Positions 34,150-46,899 of a stretch of 52,801 nt of DNA are shown here, one piece after another. Below the pieces are notes generated by a model. That model did not search any database. It was not told the origin of the DNA and saw nothing but the letters and a program-made list of their open reading frames with translations. The first letter of the stretch is position 1. Every line of letters starts with the position of its first letter. Source of the DNA: Octopus bimaculoides (Eukaryota); NCBI RefSeq assembly GCF_001194135.2, contig NC_068983.1, positions 95,121,967 through 95,174,767 of the forward strand. Direction: 5' to 3'. The position numbers and the translations under genes were made by a program.

Positions 34150-35500
34150 ATTTAGAACGACGCAGAAAGAATAGTGAACAATACATGACTAACTCACTGA
34201 AACAAAAACCATCTTAATCCCCTTACACTAAAGAAATGGCAGACGCTAAAAATCTATAGAAGCACGATCCACCTTAGTACAACTTATAAAGCCTTAAATT
34301 TAATGATATCGCAGAGGATAATTAACCATCTGGATAAAAACAACATATTCAGAAAATCAGAAGGGATGCAGCAAAGGTTCTGATGTAATGTAAGATAAAG
34401 AGAGGTAAGATAATTTGACCAAACACAGGTATAGCTATATTTAGGAATCCATAAATTAGACAGAGTCATATACACACAAACTAACGAATAAATTAGGAAT
34501 AAATATTATGGAAGAATTGAAATAATACTTAGAATAAAATTAAATGCAAAAATAAATAAGAATAAATAAATATAAGGTAATAGGTATCAATTCTCTGACT
34601 ATCCCAATGATACGTTATAATGAATTTTCTCAACTGGACATTCAGTAAATTAGCATGACTAAAAAAGTATTTAAATAAACATTGGGTTTAAAAGTAAAAT
34701 AAAAAGTATTTGAATAAATAAACATAAAGACAGTAAGAAAGTATTTAAATGAATAAACAAAGGAAATGAGAAAAGAAAATAATGACTGCATTTACAATAT
34801 CCCACTTAAATTTGACACAGAAAGTGTTTACCACAAATACAATAAAGTAGGAGCCTTTTCCAACTAGAAAATTGTTATAAACATCTACAGTATGACTTTA
34901 AAGGTATAATATAGAGAACAACCGAAAACTAGTATGAACAACAACGAAACACTAACAGAAGAAACCGCAAAACAGAGGCTGAAGTGGCAAGCGGGTGTTA
35001 GGAGAATAGAGAGAAAATGTCAAAAACTAAGATGAAAACTACCAAATGCCACAATAAATGAAAGCCATACTAAAATGACTGTAGGAAACCCCTTAAATGG
35101 CTAATATTGGGAGAAAAAAGTGTACATGGTGAGAAAAGATAATTCTTATCACCTGCAGAGGAGCGCAGAACTCAAAGCTAAAACTCATGAATTCTGAAAT
35201 GCAGCTCCGGATCATAGCCATCCCACGAAAAATATATTAAATAATTACTAAATATATGGAGACTGAGAAAGAATAAATCTACAAGCACGATAGAGTAGGG
35301 AATTTCATACACAAGATGTTATGAAATGCCAACAGAAAAAAAGGTAATTTAATCATACACCATAAAAGATCTGATGATGACACAGTGACGATATTTTGAG
35401 ATAAGCTAATCTATAAACAGACCAAAGTTAGGTACTGTTGTCAAAGATAACCAATAAAAAAAAGTACTTCCTAATTGAAATACTAATCCGAACAGAAATT
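34150..35500 (+). mobile_element. heavily decayed R4/Dong-like LINE (RT to RLE pieces)
   Basis: MISQRIINHLDKNNIF..AIFRNP/INxTES resembles the RT core; KHDRVGNFIHKML and IF*D resemble RHDxV and ILWD. Confidence 0.55.
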
Positions 35501-36638
35501 GGGAGAAATTACATTTTATATATTATAAAGCGGTAATTAAATCAGTTTAATTAATGTTATTGTTTTATGTTTATAAAATACATTATAAACGGTAATCATT
35601 TTAATTCAACTTAATATCACCGTGTGCAAACCGTTGATTTACAGAGGGTGTTGCATTGGCAGAGTCGTTAGAGCATTGGACAAAATATCATACAGCATTA
35701 AATCCAGCTATTTACGTTTTAAGTTCAAATTTCACCTGTTTGGATCTTCTGAGAAAATGTAAAATCGTAATTCTCTATTACCCTTTATCATGTCCTTATT
35801 CTATGATGATCATTTGAATTGACATATTCCTGTACCCGAGTGATTGTAAACCAGTTAGATAACTATACTATAGTTGCTGACCTTTAGAATAGTTGTCATT
35901 TTCAGTATCATTTGGCAGAAATATAGTCCATAAGCAACCCTGGCTCAATTCTATTTCTAATGAAAATGATAAAGAGAAACATTAAAAGATTGAAATGCAA
36001 TTGTTTTAAAGTAGGTTTAAAAAGTACGTTGCTATCTTGTTTTCGTTCAAGTAAATTTTTGCAAAACAATAATTGATCTTAGAGACGAAGGCGTAGTTGT
36101 GCGGTAAGAAGTTTCTTTCCTAACTATGTGGTTCCGGGTTCAGTCCCACTGCGTGGCATCTTGGGCAAGTGTCTTCTATTATATCTTCGAGCCGATTAAA
36201 GCCTTGTAAGTGGATTTGGTAGACGGGAAGTGAAAGAAGTCCGTCGTATATATACATATATATGTTACACACACACACACACACACACACATATGTAGAA
36301 GGTTGGAAAGGAACACACGAGTTGATATGTATAAGGAAAATAATACAAGGTAGAAAATGCTAAAATAATTTTATCATGAAGAACATATTGGTGCCGGTTT
36401 CAGTCTTTGCGACNNNNNNNNNNNNNNNNNNNNNNNNNNNNNNNNNNNNNNNNNNNNNNNNNNNNNNNNNNNNNNNNNNNNNNNNNNNNNNNNNNNNNNN
36501 NNNNNNNNNNNNNNNNNNNNNNNNNNNNNNNNNNNNNNNNNNNNNNNNNNNNNNNNNNNNNNNNNNNNNNNNNNNNNNNNNNNNNNNNNNNNNNNNNNNN
36601 NNNNNNNNNNNNNNNNNNNNNNNNNNNATATACCTGTA

Positions 36639-38196
36639 AAGTAGCGGCCATAATATAAGGGTCAGTTAGAACAAGTATATTGAAATAGTTATTATAGAAG
36701 GTTAACAACACGTTGAGACTAGATATTTTACACATATTTAGATATGCTAATATCTATCTTTCGTGAAAATTTCAAGTGAATGGAATAAATATTTCGCAAG
36801 TTATGAGGAAATAAACGAATAATCTTCCAAACTGCAACGGACAGAAGTTAAGGGCCACTTAGAAAAACAATGAAAAATAGAACAAGAACAAAAATGAAAC
36901 CCTTAACTATTAATATTTTGTGAACGTCCCTTTACTTTCAATGACCTCCTGGCATCTGTTACCACAAGGTTGAATTAATTTCTTGCAAAATGGTGGAGTA
37001 ATATTGTTCCATTCGTTTTTCAATAATTCCCAGAGATCATCTTAGTTCTTTGGATTTCTTCTTCGAGCCACATCTCCAATAATCTTGCAAACGTTTCTAT
37101 GGGATTGAGATCAGGATTTTGAGATGGCCAGTCCATGAGATCAACCCCTTCATCACTCAAAAAAATCTTTGACTCCCTTCGCTGTGTGTCAGGGAGCGTT
37201 GTCCTGCACGAAGATAGGGGTTGAACTGACGAGGATCGGAGATGTGGAAGGGCATGTTGTCTAAGAATCTGCTTGTAGATTTCAGCATTGACAATCCTTG
37301 TAGGCGAATAAGCGGACCAGGACAAGCAGCAGAGATCACTCCCCATACTATTACACTTCATCCTCCATATTTTGCTGTTTTCCTCACACATGCACGAGAT
37401 AACCTTTCATCACTTCTTCGTTGGACGTGCATCACGCCATCGGAACCAATCACATTAAACTTCGATTCATCACTAAAATGAACCTGCGACCACTGTTCTT
37501 TCCAAACGACATGTTCGTGAGCGAAACAAAGATGGGATCTTTGATTCTTCTTGAAGATCAGAGGTTTCTTTGCCAGTGCCCGAGCAAGCAACCCAGAATC
37601 TCGTAACCTCCGAGAAACTGTTTTGCGCGATACGTTGATCAGCAGCACTCTTAAACCTATAATTCAGTGACATTCTAACCAGAAAACAATCCTGTCTTGG
37701 TGAAGTTCTACGGGGTCTACAGGCTTGGGGTTTAGCATCTGTCGATCCTGATAGCTTAAAACGAGCTACAATTCGTTGCACAACACTTTTAGACTCTTCT
37801 ACAGTAGTTGCTACCGCAGAATCCTTTGTTTTCCATCACAAGACACCGGTTGTATCTCACAAGCCGCCATGTTGACAGTTGAATATTCTAATAATGTAAG
37901 ATCATAAGTAACTGTTAGCCCATTAACAGTCTTCTAAACAACAAATACCTCGGTTAGTAGCTCATTTTTTTCTAAGTGACCCTTAACTTTTGGCAACTAT
38001 AATTTGGAAGATTATTAGTTTATTACCTCATAACTTACGAAATATTTATTCCATTCACTTGAAATTTTCACGAAAGATAGACATTAGATATATCTAAATA
38101 TGTGTAAAATATCTAGTCTCAACGTGTTGTTAATCTTCTATAATAACTATTTCAATACACTTGTTCTTACTGACCCTTGTATTATGGCCGCCACTG
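36639..38196 (-). mobile_element. complete Tc1-family transposon with ~235-bp IR/DR terminal repeats
   Basis: 36639-36873 is the reverse complement of 37962-38196. Ends (C/A)AGT(G/A)GCGGCCATAATA; TA on the left flank, CA on the right. Confidence 0.93.
36910..37870 (-). pseudogene. Tc1 DD34E transposase, frameshifted
   Basis: Reads VQRIVARFKLSGST..RPRRTS, TVSRRLRDSGL, HFSDESKFN, VMVWG, QDNA..WPSQNPDLNPIE (34 residues from D to E), ending KGTFTKY*. Confidence 0.92.
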
Positions 38197-38974
38197 CATA
38201 CATATATAAGTGCGTGTCTGTCTTTTTCTTTGGATTTGAGTTCGTCCCCTACCACCGCTTGACAACCGGCGTTAATGCGTTCACGTCCCCGTAACTTCAG
38301 CGGTTCGACAAAAGAAGTCAACAGGATAAGTATTAGACTTTAAAAAATAAGTACTGGGGTAGATTCGTTCGACTAAAAATTTTCAGGTCGGTTCTCCAGC
38401 ATGGCCGCACCCTAATAACTGAATCAAGTAAAAAATATAAGAAAGATATAAAACAGTATACACCTAAGTATTGTTTTATTAAATGGTATTTCCCATATTT
38501 TATCTCAGAGCAGTTAGTCATTAAGCAACGTTGGAAAATTAATGCTGTTATTCCCAGCAGTTTCTACTTTCGTAACCTTTGAAGCACAAGCACATGTACA
38601 AACATGTGCAGTTTTACTATTGTAAATACTGATTCTCATCTTTATGTCTCATTCATTTGCAAACGTATTGTGTATTTGAATTAATGACCTTAAATGTGTT
38701 AAATAAACGAATAATTTCCTGTAAAGAGCAGAATTTCATTGAAACTTAGTTTAATACTGTATCTTAATATTTAAGATCGTTACTGAGTAGAAGATACGAA
38801 GAACCAATTGATAAGTTAAAGGTTTGCATCCTGTATGGGTCTTACGTGTGTCTAAGGCCACAAATGCTGAGTTTTATTTCAGTCCAAGGCCATCCCTAAC
38901 AAAGCAAAACTACCACGACAAACCTGTGTTTTATTCAGACATTGTAATTATATATAGAATCACAGTATCGAATA

Positions 38975-39052
38975 TGACCATCCGATTTAATCCCTTTGTC
39001 TGTCCTCGTTTGTCCCCTCTATGTTTAGCCCCTTGTGGGCAATAAAGAAATA
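38975..39052 (+). mobile_element. isolated SINE-B tail of the Tx1-like type
   Basis: CGATTTAATCCCTTTGTCTGTCCTCGTTTGTCCCCTCTATGTTTAGCCCCTTGTGGGCAATAAAGAAATA; homologous to 12290-12360 (minus strand). Confidence 0.85.
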
Positions 39053-39189
39053 AGAATATGACGTTCCGCATAAAAAATGTGAAAAGGTACCAAAACAGGC
39101 TACTTTGTAAACCGATGACAAGAACCTCTGTATTCGTTGGCTATTAATCACCCTTACCTTTAATAATAATTGTTTCACATTTTGTCAGA

Positions 39190-39927
39190 AGACCGGGAAT
39201 TTTAGAGATCAATAACATCGATCCTAGTATTTGACTGATGCTATATTTTATGGAGTCCAGAAGGATGAAAGACAAAACTGACCTTGGCAGATTTTCAATT
39301 CAGAACGCAAGGAAGCGGGAACAATGTTGCAAAGCATTTTTCCAACGCTCTAACGATTCTGCCAGCTTGCTGCCTTATTAATGGTTTTTGATTTAGGTAC
39401 AAGGTCAGCAATTTTTGAGCGGTGAGTACTGTCGATTACAATGACCCTAGCACTTGACTGGTACTTTATTTTATGTACCTCGGAAGCACAGCAGACAAAA
39501 ATGACTTCAGCGCAATTTGACCTCAGAACGTAAAGAACCGTAACAAATATCACAAAGCGTGTTCTGACGCTTTAGCAATACTTCCAGCTCGAATCATAAT
39601 AATGATAATGGTTTCCAATTTTGGCACACGGCCAGTACATAAAGAGCAGGAAGAAATACCGCTAAGCATTTTCTCAACATTCTAGATAGTCTGCCAATCA
39701 ATCAACCTTTAATGATAGGTTCAAATTTTGGCACAGGGACAGTGGTTTTGAGGGGAGGGGTAAGTCGATTATATCGACCTCAGTGCTCAACCAGTACTTA
39801 TTTCATCGATCCCGAAAGGATGAAAGGCAAAATCGTTTTGGCGGAATTTGAACTCAGAACGTAAAAGCCGGACGAAATGCTGCAAAACATCTTACCCGGC
39901 GTGCTAACGATTCTGCCAGCTCGCCGC
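39190..39927 (-). mobile_element. head-to-tail array of 3-4 SINE-B copies
   Basis: Repeated GAACTCAGAACG / AACGATTCTGCCAGCT and TTTTGGCAC tails separated by TAA/TGA repeats. Confidence 0.85.
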
Positions 39928-39944
39928 AGTAATAATAGTTATCA

Positions 39945-41223
39945 TCAAGTGCCTCAAACTTCTCTTGAAATCAAAACTCAACTCAAGGAACCTTGTGATT
40001 GCCATCAACATATGGGCTGTTGTTGTAGTTCGCTATAGTGCACCCATCCTGAAATGGGGCACAAGCGGACATTAACCAGCTCGATCGCACTACAATGATA
40101 ATGTATGGTGCCTTCCACCCTAAGGAAAATGTACACAGGCTCTACATGAAGAGAGGTAAAGGTGGACGTGGACTAATTAGCGTATCGGAGTGTATCAACA
40201 GTGAAAGAAGAAACATGGTAGAATATTTGGTAAACAGCAAACAAGACCTGCTACAGTATACTGTTAATGCAGAAGGAGTTAACAAAAATAGACTTGAGAG
40301 TGCTCATGAATTCCGATCAAGAACAGCCAACGAGAGAAAAGAAACCCTGCACCGTATGGAACTGACCGTATGGTCAGTTCCACCGTGAAACAAATAAAGT
40401 AAAAGACCAGGAAATATCATGGAGGCAACTCAACAAGGGTGATCTGAAAAAGAAGACTGAAAGCCTAATCATCGTTGCCCAGGACCAGGCATTAAATATT
40501 AACTCAGTGAAAAATAATATATACCACACAAGTGCAACAGACCTCTGCAGAATGTGTGGGAAGAGGGTCGAAATCATGACTCACATTGTTAGTGCTTGTG
40601 AAAGTCTTGCGCAGAAAGAGTACAAGCGTAGACATGACAAGATAGCCCAAAACCTCCATTGGCTATAATACCGTAAGTATGGATATGAGGATACGGGTGC
40701 TTGGTACCAACATACACGGGAAAAGGTAATAGATGAAAAGGGGAAGGCAAAAATCCTCTGGGACTTTGACTTCCAGACAGACAAGGTGTGAGAGCACTGA
40801 AGGCCAGATATAGAAACCTTTAGGAGGGACAAACAAGAGTACTTAGTAATTGATGTGGCAGTACCAGGAGATCAACATATCACCATGAAAGAAAGAGAAA
40901 AAGTTGATAAATATGGAGACCTGATAACTGAGATCACTAAGATGTGGCAGCTACGACAGTCAAACATAAAGATTATTTCTATTGTCATCGGAGCATTGAG
41001 TTCAATATCACCCAATCTGAAAAAAAAACAACATCTGAAAACCTTAGAAATACCCTACAATCTAGATGTATTGCAAAAGTCGGCATTACTTGGAACTGCA
41101 CACATATTGTGTAAAGTACTGTCTGTCTGAGATCCTTGTTGTGACTTGATAAACAGTACAAACCCCCGGTATATACAATAACTTTAACCAACAACCTCAC
41201 GATATTGTATATTGTGCAACGTC

Positions 41224-41224
<1 letters not shown>
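39945..41224 (+). mobile_element. 5'-truncated R4/Dong-clade LINE (RT thumb, CCHC finger, RLE, 3' UTR)
   Basis: Reads RLYMKRGKGGRGLISV, AQDQAL, CRMCGKRVEIMTHIVSAC, EYKRRHDKIA, ILWDFDFQTD, RPD, IDVAVPGD, IVIGALS, LQKSALLGTAHILCKVLSV*. Confidence 0.93.
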
Positions 41225-41258
<34 letters not shown>

Positions 41259-41273
41259 TAATAATAATAATAA
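41225..41273. repeat. (TAA)n tail or target of the R4/Dong-like LINE
   Basis: Directly follows the 3' UTR. Confidence 0.92.
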
Positions 41274-41759
41274 ATAACAACATGGACGTACACTAAGAAG
41301 CTCTCTCCACAAAACAAACTCAATCCAATAACATCGGTGCGATGGAAAGAAAACTTTGCAATACAAATGTGGGAAAAGTTCTGTTAAAGCAGAGGAACTA
41401 AAAACCCAGAAAGATTTCTGTCATATAAAGTGTAGTTTCTTCCTTAAATACATGATATCTCAATGCAGCATACGCAAGAAGTCAAAACCAACACTAGGAA
41501 ACCCGGAAAAACACCACTTACACAGTAAGTACGTAATTTGAATAACTACCTATACATGCAATTGTCCACTCATCCATGTGCACATGTTGATATTTATAAG
41601 CACTATAAATAATGCCTACACGACACACATGTACACACACGAAAAATAAAAGAAAAACGTGTCACGAACGACGTCGTACCATACAAAACAAACCGACGTC
41701 CCACAAGCGAATATAAAAAGGAGCAAATTAGTCACTCAGTTTAAAGCATAACCAAACAC

Positions 41760-42590
41760 TTATGCCGGGAAACATGGCTACCAAAAGAAAAAAAAAAAAG
41801 AGATGCGATTTTCGATCTATCAGCTTACGATATGATAAATATATCTACTCGGAGAACAAAGAAGCGGTGTCAGGTCAAAAAGTCAATTATGAACAAACAG
41901 ACCCGTCTCCTATTGTCACTGTTAATGCCTTAATGACAAATCAAAACTCACGCTGAGTCTGTCATCACCCGGGACAACAAGGACCGCGTTACTCAGTGGG
42001 GAACGAGACTGGGGTCGAAAACTCTGCTGCTGGAACAAACTCTTTAAAAAACGATTTACTAGGTAACCAGATCCAGGATAACCCTAACTCTAGGCCTGTA
42101 GTGACTCCACCAAAAACATCACCTAAAGCAAAATGCATAAAATGGACTAGAGAACATTATAGAGATATGTTGAAAGCTTTCTATACAGCCCATCTAAACC
42201 CAAACAATACCCTCATAGTAAAAACTTACATCTCATGGAGAAACTTAGTAGACAATGAAGTGTGCAGATATATAGATCCAAATAAACTAAGTAATGTACG
42301 TAGAGACATCATTTAGAATAAAAGGTTAACTGACGCTGAAATTAGCCAAATTAGGACACAAATATCTCATGGAAGACCAAATGAAAACAGCAACAATGCA
42401 GATGGAATAGGTAACGGATGCACAGAACCCAGTGTACGAGCAGTACATCCCAACGAGGAAGCTGAAGAAAGAAAAGCGAAGAACAGACATACGGTAAAAG
42501 AGGAGAAAGTAGACCTGTTTCAAGAACAGCAGAATAGGTGACAGAGAATTTGAGGTGAATAATAAAGAGCAAATCATAGAAGCAAAAGTT
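41760..42590 (+). mobile_element. 5' coding start of a second R4/Dong-like LINE, truncated
   Basis: KWTREHYRDMLKAFY..YIDPNKLSNVRRDII*NKRLTDAEI resembles the N-terminal region of R4/Dong ORFs. Confidence 0.6.
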
Positions 42591-42659
42591 CATTCCTTCT
42601 CATTTTATTCTGCTCATTCCTTCTCATTTTATCATTCATTTGCTGCTGTATAGCCCCAT

Positions 42660-44830
42660 TGTGGATTCAGCAAAGAAAGAGGTGGCGTAAAACGTAAACA
42701 TCGTGCGTTTGTCGATCGCAGAGAAAGGAGCTAAAACAAACTTAATAGCGGCGTGTCTGTGCGAACCATTTGTAAAACATACGACATTGGCTCTTCAACA
42801 GTGTATGATGTTAAAAAACAGAAAGAAAAACTGTTAAAGTTCTTTTCTGACAGTGGATGAAAAAAACAAATGTTTGTTAAAATGTCAATGGTGGAGGGAA
42901 AAAGTTTGGAACTGGATCCAAGTTTTCATAACATGGTTTAGTCTTCGTGTAAGTGAAGGTATGGAGATTTCTGGTGACTTATTAAAAGGAACAAGCCAAA
43001 GTATTTTATGAAGAGCTGGGATTGCAACACAAGTGTGAATATTCAGAAGGTTGGCTGCATCGTTTCAAGTCGCGACATGGCTTACAGTTTCGTGTAGAGT
43101 GTGATGAAAAACGTTCAGCAGACAAAGATGCAGCTAATGTATATGAGGATGAATTTGAAAAGTTAATTAGTGACGAACATTTAAGTCCTGAACAAGTGTA
43201 CAATGCTGACGAAACTGCCTTGTTTTGGAGATGTACGCCAAAAAGAACTCTGACCACTGAGAATGCAGAATTGCTATCGGAGTTTACAGCTTCGAAGGAT
43301 CGCGTCACGGTAATGTGTTGTTCTAATGTTGCAGGTACCCATAAATGTAAGTTGCTTGTTATCGGGAAAAGTTCACATCCGAGGACCTTCAAGGGAATGA
43401 CAGTCTCCTGTCCATTACCGTGCCAACAAGAAGGGTTGGGTTACCACTGATATTATATTGGATTGGTTTCAAAAATGTTTTGTTCCTGAGGCTCACTGTA
43501 ACTCAGTTGGACTAGACCCTAAATGCAAGGTACTTCTTATTTTAGACAATTGTTAGACACATCCAAAATCCGATCTTCTAGTGAAAGATAATGTTTTTGT
43601 TGTCTACCTCCCATCCAACTGCACATCGCTAATTCAACCACAGGACTATTGTATACGTTCAATGAAGTGTAAGTATCGATCCCTGTTAATGAGGCACCTA
43701 GTGAGTTCAGTTAATTGAGGCACCCCAGTACAGAAGTTCATAAAAGAATTCAACATTAAGGATGCAGTGTACTGTGTTACCAATGCATGGAAGTCTGTGA
43801 AAACATCAACACTGAAAAATGGATGGCATAAATTGTGGCCAAGTTTAATGTTTACTTCTCATTCTAACGAAGACACTGAAAATTATTTTAGAGGGTTTAG
43901 GGTTTCCAAAGAAAAGCAGCTTATACAGGAACTTATTGCTTATGTTTAAGATGTAACTAATCCTGATGCCAAGGAGCTTTCATCAAAGATAAATGAAGAT
44001 GTTTTAACGGAATGGATGGATGTTGATGATAATGTGTCTACAGTTCATCATTGTACTGATTCTGAAATTGTAGATATGGTTAAAAGTCCGGAGAGAAATG
44101 CCTGTACAGGTAGTGATGAAGATGAAAGCAGTGATGAAAATGAGGAAGATGTGAGAGAACGAATGTCTATGGATAGGTTAATTACGTTGACAACTGAAGT
44201 GCTGGCTGGACTAGACGAACGAAGTTTTGTAAGTGAACAAGAAATCATGAATGTTTACTTGCTCCAAGATAAACTTTGAGAAAGACCCAAGTATATGAGA
44301 CAACAGACACTGCGCGATATATTCAAGAAAATAAGCTAGGAAGCAGGGAGAACCAGCAGCAGTGTTCACACTTGACATTTCCCTGCCACCAACTTCAAGT
44401 CAACCAGATGTGCTGTCATCACCACCAACATTTCCTCCACAGGTTGAAGATGTTCCTGTTGCTGAGGATGTCGTCACTGTCAGTGATGAAGCTGATGATC
44501 CTGACACCTCATCTGATGTTTAGCTTCTTTTTATGGGTACAGTAATGATTAAAATTCTAAGGAACTATTTTATTTAGTTGATTTAAAATTCTAATGATTT
44601 TTTAAAATCAAAATTCTGAGGATCTATTTTATTTAGTTGAATTAAAATTCTGTAGAACTATTTTATTTAGTTAGTGAACATTAAAATTTCATTTGCTTTT
44701 CATTTAGTGTTTAATTTTCTTTCTTTAAAGGACTGTACAGGTAGTAATTTTCTGTTAAATATATACAACATATATAACCATAAAAAATCCAGCATTTTTG
44801 AAAATCTAGCACTCCTCAGGTCCAGATTTT
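42660..44830 (+). mobile_element. pogo/Tigger (JRK/TIGD-like) DD32D transposon with decayed transposase; TIRs not seen
   Basis: CENP-B-type HTHs (GVSVRTICKTYDIGSSTVYDVKK; YSEGWLHRFKSRHG), VYNADETALFW, KDRVTVMCCSN, LDNC..IQPQD (32 residues), acidic tail ending 44523. Confidence 0.92.
44548..44672. repeat. about 3 imperfect ~33-bp AT-rich tandem units in the pogo 3' non-coding region
   Basis: AAAATTCT..GAACTATTTTATTTAGTT occurs three times. Confidence 0.75.
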
Positions 44831-44954
44831 TAAATTTCAACAAGTATCTGTCGATATATATTTTAAGATTTATAGATCTTCGGGACATTGTTTCATTATG
44901 TTAAGTATTTCGAATGTGCCTGCGATTTGAACACACACAGAGAATAATATCGCC

Positions 44955-45222
44955 TCCCCTTCTCTTTCTCCCTCTTTCTCTTTCTCCCTCTTTCTCTTTC
45001 TCCTTCTTTCTCTTTCTCCCTCTTTCTCTTTCTCCCTCTTTCTCCCTCTTTCTCTTTCTCCCTCTTTCTCTTTCTCCCTCTATCTCTTTCTCCCTCTTTC
45101 TCTTTCTCCTTCTTTCTCTTTCTCNNNNNNNNNNNNNNNNNNNNNNNNCTTCTCTTTCTCCCTCTTTCTCTTTCTCCCTCTTTCTCTTTCTCCTTCTTTC
45201 TCTTTCTCCCTCTTTCTCTTTC
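44955..45222. repeat. polypyrimidine minisatellite (CCTCTTTCTCTTTCTC)n spanning a gap
   Basis: Direct reading; 16-bp unit. Confidence 0.92.
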
Positions 45223-45261
<39 letters not shown>

Positions 45262-45349
45262 TCGTGTTATTACTTCCCTTGGTGTAACAAACGGACAAAA
45301 CAGCAAAACTGTAGAAGCAGCCAGAATAATATTATAGACAATAATTTCT

Positions 45350-46200
45350 TTTATTGGCCACAAATCCCAAGATATTGAGGACTACATCAAAAGACGAAAT
45401 ACAACGCACACAAACGCTAAAAGTTAGGGCTTACATCGATCAAAAAGGGAAACAACAATAAAGATATGAAAATAGAATTCAGAAAATAAATAAATACATA
45501 AATGAATAAATAGTATCATTAATAGCGGGGCAGCCCCCACAAAAAGTCCCTCATTATTCTGTAGTCTCCAAGGCATTGGAGATGCTCTCTTCTATTTTTG
45601 TTTCTCCTATAAGAAGCATAATCAGAGTGGTCTCATTTAGCTTCACTAGTATTGCAACTCTTCCCTACCGCTGGCTAAACACACGAGAAGGCAACCTCTC
45701 CCTCTCTGCCTTCACCTTTCTCGTCAAATGATACTAAAGAGCTTGGCCAGATAGGAAAGCGTCTACCTTCAAACCTTTCAGACGAGTCCACAGTCACTAA
45801 ACAGGGAAATATTTACCTTCATTTTCTATCAAATGTAAACAGTGCGTCAATCTTTACCATATACTCGGCGGACAACGGGATTCGTCTTACACGAAATAGC
45901 AGCTATTCAACACAATCCCACAAGTCGCTAATGCACGGACTCTGAACGATTGCTTGCAGGACGGTTTCGTCCCCTGTCTGATTTTAGTTGTTGGCGCTTC
46001 CATTCCTAAAGAGCTTGTCACGAACAGGTTATACCCCACCTCTGTAGCACTACCATGCCATTGACTTTTGGAAGTTGTCTTGTCTACAATCTCCAACATG
46101 AAAGTCCTCCAGAAGAGACCACACAGACTGTTCTCGTCGATGCCACAGTCAATTCCAGGCTGTCATCGCCCATATTCTCAACTAATTCCTAATGGTAATC
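45350..46200 (-). mobile_element. Tx1/L1-type LINE 3' part, related to 129-995 and more diverged
   Basis: Across frameshifts reads GIDENSLCGLFWRTF..WQCY..PVRDKL..DETVLQAIVQ..ISDLW; ends GTGGCCAATAAAAGAAAT. Confidence 0.8.
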
Positions 46201-46899
46201 TTTAGTTGTCTTATTTATTTATTTATTTTTGCTAATAGCTTCGTTTAGCCACATTCTAGATGACAAACGCCCAATCTTTGTCTACGCTTCATCTATACCT
46301 ACAGCTCAGTCTAGGAGACGTGCAACGGAAAGACGTGTCGCACGAAAGATGCTTACACCAGATCACCCTCACTTTTGTCGTCGTCGTGAAGACATGCAGG
46401 TGCGTCAGCTTCAACTCGTGCCAGTACATCTTCAAAGACAGTATCCCAAGACCACGACGGAATGGGTGTTAGCAGTGACTGAATTTCTTTGTCAACGGAA
46501 CCTGACCATTCTAGAAGAGTTGGAAAAGCAAGCATTCCAATCTGGTCAGAGTTTTCATGAGACAAGTTACGCCAGAAGGTAGTACACCACCAACGGGGTA
46601 TATGAATTCACTACTTCCACCCGGATTTTCAGAGACAGCTTCCTTTCAGCCTAATTCTGTGTGAGATTGGCCATCGCTTATGTCCTCTTTCTGGTTCCTA
46701 TCCACCTGGAGGTCTGGACTATGAAAACTTTCATTGGACAGTGATTGTCATAGGTAAACATGGACTTGCCTCTCTGAGTGCCTAATTGCAAAACCACCGA
46801 TTTGTCCTGATTTTTGTGTCTTCCTGTACATATCTGCTATACTCTCAGTATAGTGTCGATCGGTTCTATATTTAAAGTATATACATCATTCCAGTGACG

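Larger units (their letters stand above)
36083..38460 (+). mobile_element. SINE-A split in its internal microsatellite (head 36083-36290, tail 38200-38460)
   Basis: Head and tail are in the same orientation with matching family sequence; a Tc1 lies between them. Confidence 0.7.

Noticed and set aside
42660-44523. Domesticated JRK/TIGD/CENP-B host gene
   Set aside because: Several in-frame stops and frameshifts, including one two codons after the LDN motif; it is a decayed transposon.
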